Numbered from the stretch's first letter, positions 28,125-38,458 are shown. The stretch is DNA of 64,000 nt from Candidatus Aenigmatarchaeota archaeon (GCA_043801595.1 JAZDLW010000019.1:1-64000); one strand, 5' to 3'. The notes: a model not told the origin generated them from the letters alone. Numbers and translations: made by a program.

Positions 28125-29531
28125 ATGAATAACCGCGACATTCTAGAATATTATTCCCGCGACGACGTACAGAAATCGCTATTAACAGCGTCGAAAGACC
28201 GCGAGATAGCGGGCGTTTTCAGCAGCGGCGCGTTCGGGCAAAGGCCGAATATTCTCGTTTATCCTACCGATGTTGTTAACATGGTCAAATCCGGCAGCGT
28301 TGCGTTCCACGGTTCGGTGGAGCGGTGGGATAACCCGATGGTGCTGCGGCCGGGAATGGACAAGGATGAAATGGACGAAATGCGCAAGGGATTCGAATTA
28401 ATGATCGACCTTGACATAAAAGTTTTCGAATACGCCAAGATATATGCAAAGATATTTTACGAAGAACTGCGCTCGTTCGGAATAAAGAATATCGGCGTGA
28501 AATACACTGGCGGCAAGTCGTTCCACATGGTCGTACCGTTTGAGTCGTTTCCCGAAAATGTCGATTATAAACCCACGCGCACACAGTATCCGCTCATACC
28601 CCAGGTCATTGTCGCGTACATGAAAGAAAAAACGCGTCTCAAACTTCGCGACGCGATACTGCGGGCCGAGCCCGATATCAATGAGATTGCGAAAAAATTG
28701 CAGACGTCTACCGAGACGCTGATTGCGGCTGATGGACTTGATATTGACAGGATAATATCCAACGACGTTTCTAGGGCTGAATCCGAAAATAAAACTATAA
28801 CAGGTTTCGTAGGAAAGACAATCACGGAATTCGGGTTGTTCACGAGCAGGCACATGTTTCGCCTTCCGTACTCGCTGCACGAGTCGAGCTTTCGCGTCAG
28901 CCTTCCCATTAAAATTTCTGACATAGACAAATTTGAAAAGGACGACGCGTTGCCCGACAAGGTTAAGATAAAGGAGACGTTCCTCGATTACAACAAATCC
29001 GATGCAGGCGAGGTTACGGAATTGATAACGGAAGCGCTTGACTGGCATAATGCAAGAAAAAAAGAAGAAGAGGTGAAGAAAAAATTCATAATTTCCAATT
29101 CCGGCAAGATAACCGAGGAATTTTTCCCGCCATCAATACAGCAGATAGCCCGCGGCGTTCCTGACGGCCGCAAGCGGTCTGTGCTAATACTTTTTAATTT
29201 CCTGAGAAATATGAACTGGGGCAACGACGAGATTGAAAATTACCTTGTCGGATGGAACGAGAAGAATACGCCACCACTGCCATCAAACTACATGCGTTCG
29301 CAAGTAAGATGGTTACGCAATTCGAAAACGATGCTTCCGCCGAATTTCGGCAACGAGAATTTCTACAAGTCAATGGGCATAAACTGCGAAACTGAGACAA
29401 AAATGGGCGTAAAAAATCCAGTAACATACGCGATCAAGGGCTTCAATGCCTCGGTTCGCAGAAGGGTGATCAAGAAAACCTCCAGAAAGCCCAAAAAACA
29501 GAAGGAAGAGGACGAATACGTGGCTGACTAG
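28125..29531 (+). CDS. priS: Fused DNA primase PriS-PriL
   Basis: N-terminal IDLD, YTGGKSFH, RHMFRLPYSLHE (PriS); C-terminal FFPPSI...GVPDGRKR...NPVTY (PriL-like). Confidence 0.85.
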   Translation: MNNRDILEYYSRDDVQKSLLTASKDREIAGVFSSGAFGQRPNILVYPTDVVNMVKSGSVAFHGSVERWDNPMVLRPGMDKDEMDEMRKGFELMIDLDIKVFEYAKIYAKIFYEELRSFGIKNIGVKYTGGKSFHMVVPFESFPENVDYKPTRTQYPLIPQVIVAYMKEKTRLKLRDAILRAEPDINEIAKKLQTSTETLIAADGLDIDRIISNDVSRAESENKTITGFVGKTITEFGLFTSRHMFRLPYSLHESSFRVSLPIKISDIDKFEKDDALPDKVKIKETFLDYNKSDAGEVTELITEALDWHNARKKEEEVKKKFIISNSGKITEEFFPPSIQQIARGVPDGRKRSVLILFNFLRNMNWGNDEIENYLVGWNEKNTPPLPSNYMRSQVRWLRNSKTMLPPNFGNENFYKSMGINCETETKMGVKNPVTYAIKGFNASVRRRVIKKTSRKPKKQKEEDEYVAD

Positions 29532-29570
29532 CGGTTATATTTTTACCTGTTAACTAAATAATAGGTCAAA

Positions 29571-30098
29571 ATGTCCGACATACTCACGTACGATACAATA
29601 CGCAAGATCCACAAGGATGAGGAGTCATCCATCAAATTATCGAAAATACCGGACGATTTTTTTGACAAGGTGAAGGAATACATAAAATCAAAGGAGGAGA
29701 CTTTGAAGTCGGATCCTTCCACAGCCCAAGAGTTCCAAAACGTGAAACACAGGCTGATGTTCATTGTCGAGACGCGGGAAAGGAAAATACTGGGCATGGC
29801 CCTGTATTCGGTGAGAACAGGACTACCACCGGAAAACCTCATACCAGCAGAAAAGCCGTTTTTCCAGAGCATACTCGAGGCGCTAAAGGGCTACAAACAA
29901 ATAAGAGAGGATGTTCTGGAGCCGAAAGAAATCACTGCGTTAAAGGTTGTGGCGTTCATCGACGATGTCACGATGTTCGTTGGCGAAGACATGGCGTCTT
30001 ACGGCCCTTTCAAAAAAGGCGATGTTGCTTCTGTTCCGGAGAAAAACGCGGAAATTCTCATCAAAGACGGCAAAGCAGAGGAAATGAAAATAAAGTAA
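29571..30098 (+). CDS. GINS complex protein
   Basis: RERKIL helical domain followed by FVGEDMASYGPFKKGDVASVP B-domain; follows primase. Confidence 0.85.
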   Translation: MSDILTYDTIRKIHKDEESSIKLSKIPDDFFDKVKEYIKSKEETLKSDPSTAQEFQNVKHRLMFIVETRERKILGMALYSVRTGLPPENLIPAEKPFFQSILEALKGYKQIREDVLEPKEITALKVVAFIDDVTMFVGEDMASYGPFKKGDVASVPEKNAEILIKDGKAEEMKIK

Positions 30099-30141
30099 TA
30101 TATTTAACGCTTGCCGGCGAAACCGAGAAAAGGCGATAATT

Positions 30142-31206
30142 ATTAGCAACCCGATAAAGATAGCAGGTGCCGGGCCTTCGGGCCTTTCGGCTGCGATAAA
30201 CCTTGTGAAAGCGGGCTTTGAAGTCGAGGTTTTTGAGGCTGGAAAAGACTGCGGTTCCCGGTTTGGCGGAGATTTGCAGGGCCTTGAAAACTGGTCCAAA
30301 AAGGAAAATGTCCTTGACGATCTCAAACAGATGAACATCGAAATAAATTTTGACTGCGCCCCTTTCAAAAAAATGTACGGCATGACCGGAAAAAACAAAA
30401 CAGCGCTTGAATTCAGCAAACCCGCATTTTACCTTGTCAAACGCGGGACTGTTGGCGGAAGCCTTGACCAAGGATTGAAAAGACAGGCCATGGAAAACGG
30501 CGTGAAAATAATATTCAATTCAAGGATCGGGAACGAGGCTGACATTATTGCAACAGGGCCCTTTTCCAAGGAGTCGTTTGCCGTTGACAGAGGCATAATA
30601 TTCGATACTGATATGGACGACATTGCCGTAGGCTTGGCGGACGACAAATTCGCGTACAAGGGATACGCTTATTTCCTTGTTACAAACGGATACGGCTGCA
30701 TATGCACGGTTTTATTCGATAAACTGGAACGCGTTAACGACAGTTTGGACAGGACAATCAAATTTTTTGAGAAAAATTTCAACGTCGATATTAAAAACCC
30801 CAGACGCGTGGGCGGCGTGGGAACGTTTTCACTGGGAAACAAATTCGAGGTTGATGGAAAAAAATATGTCGGCGAGGCGGCTGGTATACAGGACCTTTTA
30901 TGGGGATTCGGGATGCGCAGCGCGATTACGTCAGGTTATCTTGCGGCCAAAAGCATAATAGATAAGACCAGCTATCAGGATGTTGCCCGGAAATATTTTG
31001 AAAAAAGATTGAAAGCATCGCTCGTAAACAGGTTTGTTGCCGAAACTTTTTTGCAGAAGTTGGCGCCATTAAATGCAGTGTTTTCGCCGAAAGACCACGA
31101 CAAAATGCTGGAAGCGTTCGGCAGGAGTTATACGAATTATCCGAAAATCCTGTATCCCCTTGCACTATGGTCGTTGAGCAGGCGGTACAAGTCACTTAGA
31201 AATTAA
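30142..31206 (+). CDS. FAD-dependent oxidoreductase (GGR-like); probable non-canonical ATT start
   Basis: IKIAGAGPSGLSAA lies upstream of the first GTG (30205); GYAYF, VGEAAG, GFGMRSAITSG. Confidence 0.75.
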   Translation: MSNPIKIAGAGPSGLSAAINLVKAGFEVEVFEAGKDCGSRFGGDLQGLENWSKKENVLDDLKQMNIEINFDCAPFKKMYGMTGKNKTALEFSKPAFYLVKRGTVGGSLDQGLKRQAMENGVKIIFNSRIGNEADIIATGPFSKESFAVDRGIIFDTDMDDIAVGLADDKFAYKGYAYFLVTNGYGCICTVLFDKLERVNDSLDRTIKFFEKNFNVDIKNPRRVGGVGTFSLGNKFEVDGKKYVGEAAGIQDLLWGFGMRSAITSGYLAAKSIIDKTSYQDVARKYFEKRLKASLVNRFVAETFLQKLAPLNAVFSPKDHDKMLEAFGRSYTNYPKILYPLALWSLSRRYKSLRN

Positions 31207-31877
31207 ACAAAGTCCCTGCTGCAAAGCCCGCTTGCAATGTCTTCTATCACGTCCTGAGGTCTTCGCGATTTTACGATTGCGGATGCTGCCGCAACGCCAG
31301 CTGCGCCCAGTTGTTTTGCTATGAGCGAATCCGACCGGCTTGAAACGCCCGCACCGCAGATAACGCCAACGGATTCGTTTATTGCTTTAACCAGTCTGAC
31401 CGTTTCCGTTATTACGTCCGGCCTTGTTTTCGAAATTGAGTTGTTGCCGCCTATCAGTTCGGGCGGTTCTATCAATATATAATCCGGCTTAAATTTCGCG
31501 AACGTCTCCGATTCTTGCGGGGAAGACGAACAACAAATAACCATCAAACCGTTTTGCTTTGCCCGCATGATACAGGTTTCCATTTCCTTTAGACCGATCC
31601 TTTTTTCGGAATGGTTTATCATCGTGCCTATTGCTCCGGCTTCCTTAACGGATTCCGCTGTTATGGAACCTGTGTGCGCGCCCGGTTCCACTGGGTCGAT
31701 GTGCTGGGCAATAACAGGCACGATATTCGAAAACAACCTGATATCGGAGAACGCCGGCGCTATTGCAATGTTCACGCCGAACCTGTCAGCGGCCAGCTTC
31801 GCAGCTTTTGCTATGGCTTCGCCCCTTAATCCCAACGCTTCGTTGTAGGATTTAAAATTCACGATAAACAATGCCAT
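31203..31877 (-). CDS. tpiA: Triosephosphate isomerase (archaeal type)
   Basis: VNFKSY, AQHID, INHSEKR, IEPPELIG, CGAGV. Confidence 0.95.
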   Translation of the reverse strand: MALFIVNFKSYNEALGLRGEAIAKAAKLAADRFGVNIAIAPAFSDIRLFSNIVPVIAQHIDPVEPGAHTGSITAESVKEAGAIGTMINHSEKRIGLKEMETCIMRAKQNGLMVICCSSSPQESETFAKFKPDYILIEPPELIGGNNSISKTRPDVITETVRLVKAINESVGVICGAGVSSRSDSLIAKQLGAAGVAAASAIVKSRRPQDVIEDIASGLCSRDFV

Positions 31878-31882
31878 AAGCA

Positions 31883-32977
31883 TTACCGTTGCTTGAATAG
31901 CTTTTCCACGCGTCCCATTATATCCTTGTAACCTTCGTTGTATTCGAGCTCTTCCGGTATAAGCGTGGCAGGATGGATAAACCCTTGCGTTCGCAAACCT
32001 TCCGACTTCTCCGCAGCCTTTCTGCGGACCAAATCCCAGTTCGGGCCTTCGAACCCGTCTATAGGACCTGTCAATTTTCCGTTGTGCATGCTGAACAGCA
32101 ATGCCGATACAAGCGGGTTGCAGTAGTACGATGTTGCGGATGTGTTTATTGTCACAGGCATAAGGGTCATGTGGTGCGAACCTCTTGTGTTTCCCGCAAC
32201 GAAATGCGCGTCCTTGAATGCGTAGCACGCTTCTTCCGTTGCCGGGAACGTCTTTTGCAAGCGAATGATCATTGCAGGATCGTCCTTTCCGACATACGTT
32301 CCTTTGATGTTGTGCAATCGGTCTGTGCTGGCTGAGACAACCGGTTCGCCGTCTTTGTTCTTAACAGATTCGACAACATAACGACCAGGGTACATCAATA
32401 TCGCCGCTATTTCCGGTACCTGGCTCCATGTTTCCAGTTCAACAACACGGTTTTTCATAACGTCCATCACAGTAAACTTGACGCCCTTGGCGAGCGACGG
32501 GTTGATCAATAAACCCGTGTTTGATTTTATGTCGCAGAACATTGTGAACAACGGGTAGTTGAATGCGCCCGGTTCAGTTTTATCAGCGGCGAACACAGCA
32601 AACGCCTCGTTTGGCCGTTCGTCGAATTCCATTTCCGCAACTCCCGGTCCCATGCCTTTTACGTTCCCGGAGAACGAGTCTGCGAGAAGATCTTGTCCTG
32701 CGCCATAGAGGCCTTGTTCCTTTGCAACGGCAACGCTCTTGCTGAATGCGTCCCACGCGAGCTTGTGTATTTCGTTGCTGTTTACGCCTTTCGTATGTGT
32801 TGCGACAATATGGATGTCGTCGCCCGCATAGCCGACATAGCTGTCTATGATCATTCCCGATGCCTTCGCGTCGCTGACAAAACTTTTTACGCTGTTTAAC
32901 AATTCATCGGACGGTCTTGTATGGCCTCCGATAGATCCGATGTCAGCCTTAATCACTGTTACTGTAATTTTTCCCAT
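31883..32977 (-). CDS. fbp: Fructose-1,6-bisphosphate aldolase/phosphatase (class V FBPase)
   Basis: KADIGSIGGH, GLYGAGQDLL, DKTEPGAFN, YVGKDDP, EELEY. Confidence 0.95.
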   Translation of the reverse strand: MGKITVTVIKADIGSIGGHTRPSDELLNSVKSFVSDAKASGMIIDSYVGYAGDDIHIVATHTKGVNSNEIHKLAWDAFSKSVAVAKEQGLYGAGQDLLADSFSGNVKGMGPGVAEMEFDERPNEAFAVFAADKTEPGAFNYPLFTMFCDIKSNTGLLINPSLAKGVKFTVMDVMKNRVVELETWSQVPEIAAILMYPGRYVVESVKNKDGEPVVSASTDRLHNIKGTYVGKDDPAMIIRLQKTFPATEEACYAFKDAHFVAGNTRGSHHMTLMPVTINTSATSYYCNPLVSALLFSMHNGKLTGPIDGFEGPNWDLVRRKAAEKSEGLRTQGFIHPATLIPEELEYNEGYKDIMGRVEKLFKQR

Positions 32978-32994
32978 TTGCATTCCCTCCATTT

Positions 32995-33050
32995 CTTTTT
33001 TGATCAAACTTTTACCATTCTCTTTTGCTTAAGCTTTTCTGAAAAGCTTA
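32995..33050. repeat. Palindromic repeat-family copy between gap and fbp
   Basis: Minus strand reads TAAGCTTTTCAGAAAAGCTTAAGCAAAAGAGAATGGTAAAAGTTTGATCAAAA. Confidence 0.7.
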
Positions 33051-34079
33051 GGCGAACGCCATTTCCATCTTGTTTTTTATTGCGGTCATGCCAAGCAAGC
33101 TGTCTGTCATTGCCATTGATGCCTTCTGGTCCATCAAACCAGTCATTGCCATCAGCGCATCGACGTCCTCCGGAACAACAATCGATTCCTGCGGCACTGT
33201 TATTGCCATTGACAATTCGTTGTTGTCGGAAATAATAGTATTCGCGTGCAGGTTTACAGTGTAGGTGTCGCTCCTGAGAAAACCCAAGTCACGCGCCTTT
33301 TCGACGACGTCCGCGGTCGAGTTTGCGTTTTTCAGAACCGCGACCCTCGATTCCTTTTCGTAAAGGCTGATTATTTCCTCCTTGGAAGGCGCACTTCCAT
33401 CGAATAATACGGAAATGCTGTGCACATGCATGAGTGTTTGCGGGGCTTTGAAGGCCGTTGTTTTTATCGGTATATTCCCCAGCACGGTCTGCACATCGTG
33501 GGCGTGATGCGAGTTTGCCTGCCATTCGACAGAGTTCAGCGCCGAACCTTTCGAATCGTTCGGATCAGCTCCACGCCTGATCAGCGAAACGGAAATCTTT
33601 TTCACGTCAGTTCTCGCTTCCATCAGGGGTTTTATGATTCTGCACAGTCCGGTTGTGTTACAACTAACGACGCGGACAAAGTTTTTGTTTTTTGCAGCGG
33701 CAAAATTGCTGCGCGAGTTAAAGCTTATTTCGGCAATGTCCTCTTTTTCACCGCCCTGAAATATTGCGCGTTTGTTTTTCGGGATATACAGTTCCTCCTT
33801 GTTTTTGACGCCCCTTTTGTCTGGCGACGCGTCGATGATTACGTCAGAGACATTGAGCATCTCTTCGACCGTTCCCGCTATCTGTATCCCCGCCTTTGCG
33901 AACGATTCCATATTTTCCTTAGGCGAGAAAATCCTGATATTTTTTGATGCGGCAACTCTTGCATCGGCATCTGGCGTGAACTTTGATACGCCGACCAGTT
34001 TTATTCCCGGATGCTTTGCAAGAACGTCGGCAACACGCTTTCCGATTGTTCCGTAACCGTTAACACACACAGATAGCAT
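33048..34079 (-). CDS. gap: Glyceraldehyde-3-phosphate dehydrogenase, archaeal type II
   Basis: NGYGTIGKRVA, FQGGEK, VVSCNTTGL, RRGADP, QESIVVPE. Confidence 0.95.
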   Translation of the reverse strand: MLSVCVNGYGTIGKRVADVLAKHPGIKLVGVSKFTPDADARVAASKNIRIFSPKENMESFAKAGIQIAGTVEEMLNVSDVIIDASPDKRGVKNKEELYIPKNKRAIFQGGEKEDIAEISFNSRSNFAAAKNKNFVRVVSCNTTGLCRIIKPLMEARTDVKKISVSLIRRGADPNDSKGSALNSVEWQANSHHAHDVQTVLGNIPIKTTAFKAPQTLMHVHSISVLFDGSAPSKEEIISLYEKESRVAVLKNANSTADVVEKARDLGFLRSDTYTVNLHANTIISDNNELSMAITVPQESIVVPEDVDALMAMTGLMDQKASMAMTDSLLGMTAIKNKMEMAFA

Positions 34080-34093
34080 ATTCATTTCCTCCT

Positions 34094-35281
34094 TCATTCC
34101 TTGAACCATTCCAATCCGTAATACGGACCGTAGATAACCCTTTTGAAAAACGCCTTGCCGGACGAGCTGTTTATGTGCGGTTTGAATCCGAGCTTGTTGA
34201 ACAGCGCCATCGAGTCCCCGCCGAAACCCATTACAAGGTGGCCGTGCTTTTCGTCGAATGCCTCCGAATAAACGTGTGCGGCGCCTCTCATACCAGGTTC
34301 TGTTATTGACGCCGCGATTTCGTAAAAACCGGTTGCGCCGTTGATGAGTATGCCCGCGTTCTTTGAAAATTTCAAAGTTTCCATGTACTTTAGGATCGTA
34401 TCAGGACCTATATCTACAACTTTTCCGGTGTGAAGTTCCGTAGCAGGCGCGCACACAAATCCGGAGCCATTTTGGATACAGTAATCAGTCGGGAGCATTA
34501 TCCTTCCGTTAAATTCCGATATGATATTCTTCGCAGCTTCCAATAATTTTCCCTCGTCTTTCCACAATTGTTCGTTGTCGCCGACATTCCTTCCCTGTGC
34601 CTTCTCCATATACACAGAGAACAAACCGCCGAGCATCGCTTTCATTTTCGGAAATTTCTTTAACATTGCAGGCAGTATTTCCAGCTGGTCCGGCAGCTTT
34701 TTGCCGCCGAGTATTGCGAACGAGTCCATAGCCTCGAGTATGTTCGTCACTTTTGCTGCCAGTTCGATGTCTTCCTGCAATGCTGGACCGAGCATGATTT
34801 TGTAGCCTTCTTCCTGCAGCGTTTTCGGTATGTGGTAAGTTGTCAGTTCTTTCCTGTGCGAGGCCGGATCGTCCTTTACAATTGCGAGGTTCGGAACCTG
34901 TTTGAGCATTTTGTACATTTTCGTCTCTTTCACATCGGTGAAGTTCCATTCCTCCTCGTCGCTTCTCGTGTTTTCCAGAATTATGACAGATCCGTTGGAT
35001 ATCATGCCAGCCAAATCGCCGGTCCTGAAGCCGGCGAATTTTATCTCGGAATGCGGAAGATGCAGCTGTATAGCGTCAGCGTGATTTTTCAGGGTTTCGT
35101 TTTTGCCCTGATCGCCCTGGTGCGATGCGACTATAACGCAACTCGCTCCTTGGTCGAACGCGAATTTTATTGTGCGGACAGCCTGCAGGATCTTCTCAAT
35201 ATCCCTGAAAAAGCCTGTCTTCTCATCAAAAGGCGAGTTCATGTCGACCTTTGCGAACACGTTTTTTCCTTCGAGGTCCAT
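34094..35281 (-). CDS. pgk: Phosphoglycerate kinase (divergent)
   Basis: VDMNSP, SHQG, LENTR, LGGKK, DIGP, GGDS; operon with gap-fbp-tpi. Confidence 0.82.
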   Translation of the reverse strand: MDLEGKNVFAKVDMNSPFDEKTGFFRDIEKILQAVRTIKFAFDQGASCVIVASHQGDQGKNETLKNHADAIQLHLPHSEIKFAGFRTGDLAGMISNGSVIILENTRSDEEEWNFTDVKETKMYKMLKQVPNLAIVKDDPASHRKELTTYHIPKTLQEEGYKIMLGPALQEDIELAAKVTNILEAMDSFAILGGKKLPDQLEILPAMLKKFPKMKAMLGGLFSVYMEKAQGRNVGDNEQLWKDEGKLLEAAKNIISEFNGRIMLPTDYCIQNGSGFVCAPATELHTGKVVDIGPDTILKYMETLKFSKNAGILINGATGFYEIAASITEPGMRGAAHVYSEAFDEKHGHLVMGFGGDSMALFNKLGFKPHINSSSGKAFFKRVIYGPYYGLEWFKE

Positions 35282-35417
35282 GTTATCAACACTTCTCTAT
35301 TATGCGAGCCTAAAAAGGTTTTCGCCGGACAGACCGCCAATTTTGGTAGTATATTATCCTACATTATCCTATGTTCACATATATTTATAGTTTACCTTGA
35401 TATTCCGGTGTTTTGCG

Positions 35418-36404
35418 TTAGTTTGCAGGGAATGCAAGGCTTTTCTTAATTTCCCTTACAACGAACGGGCCTTCGTACACCAATGCTGTCAAAAGCTGGA
35501 AGGTTCTCGCCTTGTCGCCGAATCTGAGAATATTCTCTGCGCTGGAAATTCCGCCGCAGGCTGTGAGCGGAATCTTCGTTTTCCCGGACAGATAATCCAC
35601 CATTTCTACGGTGCTTTCAAAAATAGCTTTGCCGCTTTTGCCGCCTTTGCCAGCGCCGACTTGCGGCTCGATGACAGGCAGTGTGTTTGCGAACACAAGG
35701 CCGTCGACGCCCTCCCTTTCCGATATGTCTACGAGCTTCATCATTTTTTCCAGTTCCTGTTGGTTTTTCAGATCGTATCTCGGCATCTTTGTCATTAGCG
35801 GTTTTTTCCTGACGCGGTTAAGGTTAACGAGCAATTCTTCGTAACCTTCCAGTTCTTGGTAAATCCTTTTTTCTTCGAGATTAGGACAACTTATGTTCAA
35901 TTCTATTCCGTCGACAAGCGGTTCGATTATTCGGAGACATTCGACCCATTCATTTATATTCTGTCCTGCTATACTTGCGATGATGGGTTTGTCGCGCGTC
36001 TGGTATCTCCGCAAATTTTTCGCAGCTTTTTCCGCGCCGCTGCCAGGCAAACCCATGGAATTTACAATGGATTTTTCTTTTGTGTAGCGTACGATCCATG
36101 GCTTCGGATTCCCCTTTCGCTGGTATCTTGTTATTGTCCCGCCGACAACGTAACCGAATCCAAGCGCCATCATTGAATCAAGAAATGCGCAGCTCTTGTC
36201 GTAGCCTGCAGCCAATCCGATCGGGTTGTCGATTTTAATGCCGGCGATTTCTGTCTCAAGTTGCGGATATTTTTTATCCGTCAATCCGAGCAGATTCCAG
36301 AAAGGTCGCCCGAGTGTGTAATTGATTTCTCCCAATTTTTGCGCGTTGTCACCGCTTAACCGAAATAGAATAGGCCTTAATGCATTTTCGTAGACTGCGC
36401 CCAT
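35418..36404 (-). CDS. pyrD: Dihydroorotate dehydrogenase
   Basis: NPIGLAAGYDK, GNPKP, NSMGLP, NISCPN, GGKSG, GGI. Confidence 0.9.
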   Translation of the reverse strand: MGAVYENALRPILFRLSGDNAQKLGEINYTLGRPFWNLLGLTDKKYPQLETEIAGIKIDNPIGLAAGYDKSCAFLDSMMALGFGYVVGGTITRYQRKGNPKPWIVRYTKEKSIVNSMGLPGSGAEKAAKNLRRYQTRDKPIIASIAGQNINEWVECLRIIEPLVDGIELNISCPNLEEKRIYQELEGYEELLVNLNRVRKKPLMTKMPRYDLKNQQELEKMMKLVDISEREGVDGLVFANTLPVIEPQVGAGKGGKSGKAIFESTVEMVDYLSGKTKIPLTACGGISSAENILRFGDKARTFQLLTALVYEGPFVVREIKKSLAFPAN

Positions 36405-36479
36405 GAACACTATAACAGGGATTAAAGTTAAATCGGCATTTGCGGCGATTTAAAACCAATACCAGTAATAGTTTACAAG

Positions 36480-37517
36480 ATGAGAATTGATCCACACGTT
36501 CATTGCAGGGACTGGAAACAATCTTACAAGGCGACCATAGGCGACGTTTTTTCGTTGGCAAAATCGCAGGGCGTCAATATCATCTTCGACATGCCGAATA
36601 CGGATCCGCCCATAATTTACAGCGTTGACGTTGACCGAAGATTAAGAACAGCCGAAGAACAGGGCGTATCCGAAGGATATTTTTTGTACATAGGAGTGAC
36701 AAGCGACCGCAGCCAAATACGCGAGGCGGTTGATGTTGTTAAAAAAAACCCGAAAGTTGTCGGGTTGAAAATGTTCGCAGGCCGTTCTGTGGGCGATTTG
36801 TCCGTAATCAAAGAAAGCGACCAAAAAACCGTTTACGAAACGCTTTCGAAGCTTGACTATCGTGGCGTCATTTCAGTACATTGCGAGAAGGAATCGTTAT
36901 TCAGAAATGACCTTTGGGATCCAACAAGACCGGAAACATGGAACGATGCGCGGCCCGAAATATCCGAGGTTGAATCGATAAGAGACCAGATAAAATTTGC
37001 AGCGCAATACAGTTTCAAGGGAACGCTACATATATGCCACGTATCCACACCTATGTCGGTTGACGTGATCAGAAAAGCGAAAAAACGGGGAAAAATAAGC
37101 ATTGTGTGCGGTGCCACGCCCCATCACCTTTTCTATTCGACGGATGACATGGCTGAAAACGGATTGATGCTCAAAGTAAACCCGCCGATAAGAAGCGCTG
37201 AGACGCGTAAAAATTTGATGTACGAATTGCTCGACGGCAGGATCGATTGGATAGAGACCGATCATGCGCCGCACACGATTGATGAAAAATTAAACGAACC
37301 TTACGCGTCCGGAATAAGGAGTCTGGAGCTCTACTCCGAACTGATAAAAAAACTCAACACAATGGGCGTGCCAAAGGAGCGTATCGACGACCTTACATAC
37401 AATAACATTGTCAAGGTGTTTAGAAAGGCAGGCCCGATCACTTTTGAAAGAAAGGACGATTCCGCAGTTTATAATCATCCTGGAACTGACGGGTTCAGAA
37501 ACTATCGTAAAAGATAA
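36480..37517 (+). CDS. pyrC: Dihydroorotase
   Basis: DPHVHCR, DMPNT, HCE, CHVST, KVNPPIR, TDHAPH. Confidence 0.93.
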   Translation: MRIDPHVHCRDWKQSYKATIGDVFSLAKSQGVNIIFDMPNTDPPIIYSVDVDRRLRTAEEQGVSEGYFLYIGVTSDRSQIREAVDVVKKNPKVVGLKMFAGRSVGDLSVIKESDQKTVYETLSKLDYRGVISVHCEKESLFRNDLWDPTRPETWNDARPEISEVESIRDQIKFAAQYSFKGTLHICHVSTPMSVDVIRKAKKRGKISIVCGATPHHLFYSTDDMAENGLMLKVNPPIRSAETRKNLMYELLDGRIDWIETDHAPHTIDEKLNEPYASGIRSLELYSELIKKLNTMGVPKERIDDLTYNNIVKVFRKAGPITFERKDDSAVYNHPGTDGFRNYRKR

Positions 37518-37519
37518 AA

Positions 37520-38458
37520 TTAAAGTTTTTTTAGCGCGTCTTCGTGCCCCAAAAACAATGCGAGCACGGCCATCCTTACCTGCAGCGAATGGCGTATTTG
37601 CTGGAAAAATACGACGCGTTTGTCAGAATCGATCTCCTTGTTTATCTCGGTCGTGCGCGGCATTGCGTGCAGGACTATACAATGTTTCGGCAGTATGGCC
37701 ATAGTTGAACTGTCAACGGAATAAAAATATTTTTCCGGATCTTCATTGTGCGGCATGTACTCCTTTTTCAGGCGCGTTACGTAAACTATGTCCGGTTTTA
37801 TTTCTTCCAGTGTTTTGTTGAGGTAAGACATGTTTATCGGAATTTCGTGGTATGAATCGTTTGCGTATTGTTTTGACAGCCCAAGCCCGATGGGACATAT
37901 CCCGAATATCGTATTTCCCGAGAACTTGTTCATTCCCAGAATCAACGAATTTGAAGGCCTGTAATATTTCAAACCGCCTATGACTGCGATCTTCAGATTT
38001 GTCAGCCTTCCGAGAAGTTTCCATATTGTGTACATGTCGTACAGCGCCTGCGTCGGATGTTCGTTGATTCCGTCACCTGCGTTTATAACAGGCACGTTCA
38101 CAATGGACGCGTATTGTGCTACTGAACCGGGTTCGCTGTCCCTGATGACAAGAGCGTCGCAATACTGCTCCAATGTGCGTACCGTGTCTTCCCGGGTCTC
38201 GCCTTTTTCCATCGACGAATTCATTTCTGTGAAAGTTTGCACGTCCCCGCCAAGCGTGTGCATCGCAGTCGAAAAGCTCGTAACGGTCCGCGTGCTCGGC
38301 TCGAAGAATGCGGTTATAACTATTTCGCCGTTGCACATGCCCAGCTTAGACCCTTTTCCGGAAAGCGGCTCAAGTTTGCGCGAATATTCCATTATCGTTT
38401 CTATGTCTTTCCTTGAAAGATCGTTCATGCTCAGCAGGTCTTTTTTATTGCCCCACAT
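37520..38458 (-). CDS. pyrB: Aspartate carbamoyltransferase catalytic subunit
   Basis: FFEPSTRT, KGET, NAGDG, HPTQ, HAMPR. Confidence 0.93.
   Translation of the reverse strand: MWGNKKDLLSMNDLSRKDIETIMEYSRKLEPLSGKGSKLGMCNGEIVITAFFEPSTRTVTSFSTAMHTLGGDVQTFTEMNSSMEKGETREDTVRTLEQYCDALVIRDSEPGSVAQYASIVNVPVINAGDGINEHPTQALYDMYTIWKLLGRLTNLKIAVIGGLKYYRPSNSLILGMNKFSGNTIFGICPIGLGLSKQYANDSYHEIPINMSYLNKTLEEIKPDIVYVTRLKKEYMPHNEDPEKYFYSVDSSTMAILPKHCIVLHAMPRTTEINKEIDSDKRVVFFQQIRHSLQVRMAVLALFLGHEDALKKL

Noticed and set aside
31878..32228. Long N-terminal extension of the tpiA ORF
   Set aside because: It overlaps fbp in another frame; TIM homology starts at MALFIVNFK
35418..36404. PyrD with class-2-like N-terminus but a Cys catalytic residue (NISCPN)
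   Set aside because: Such variants occur among class-2-like enzymes; not clearly novel
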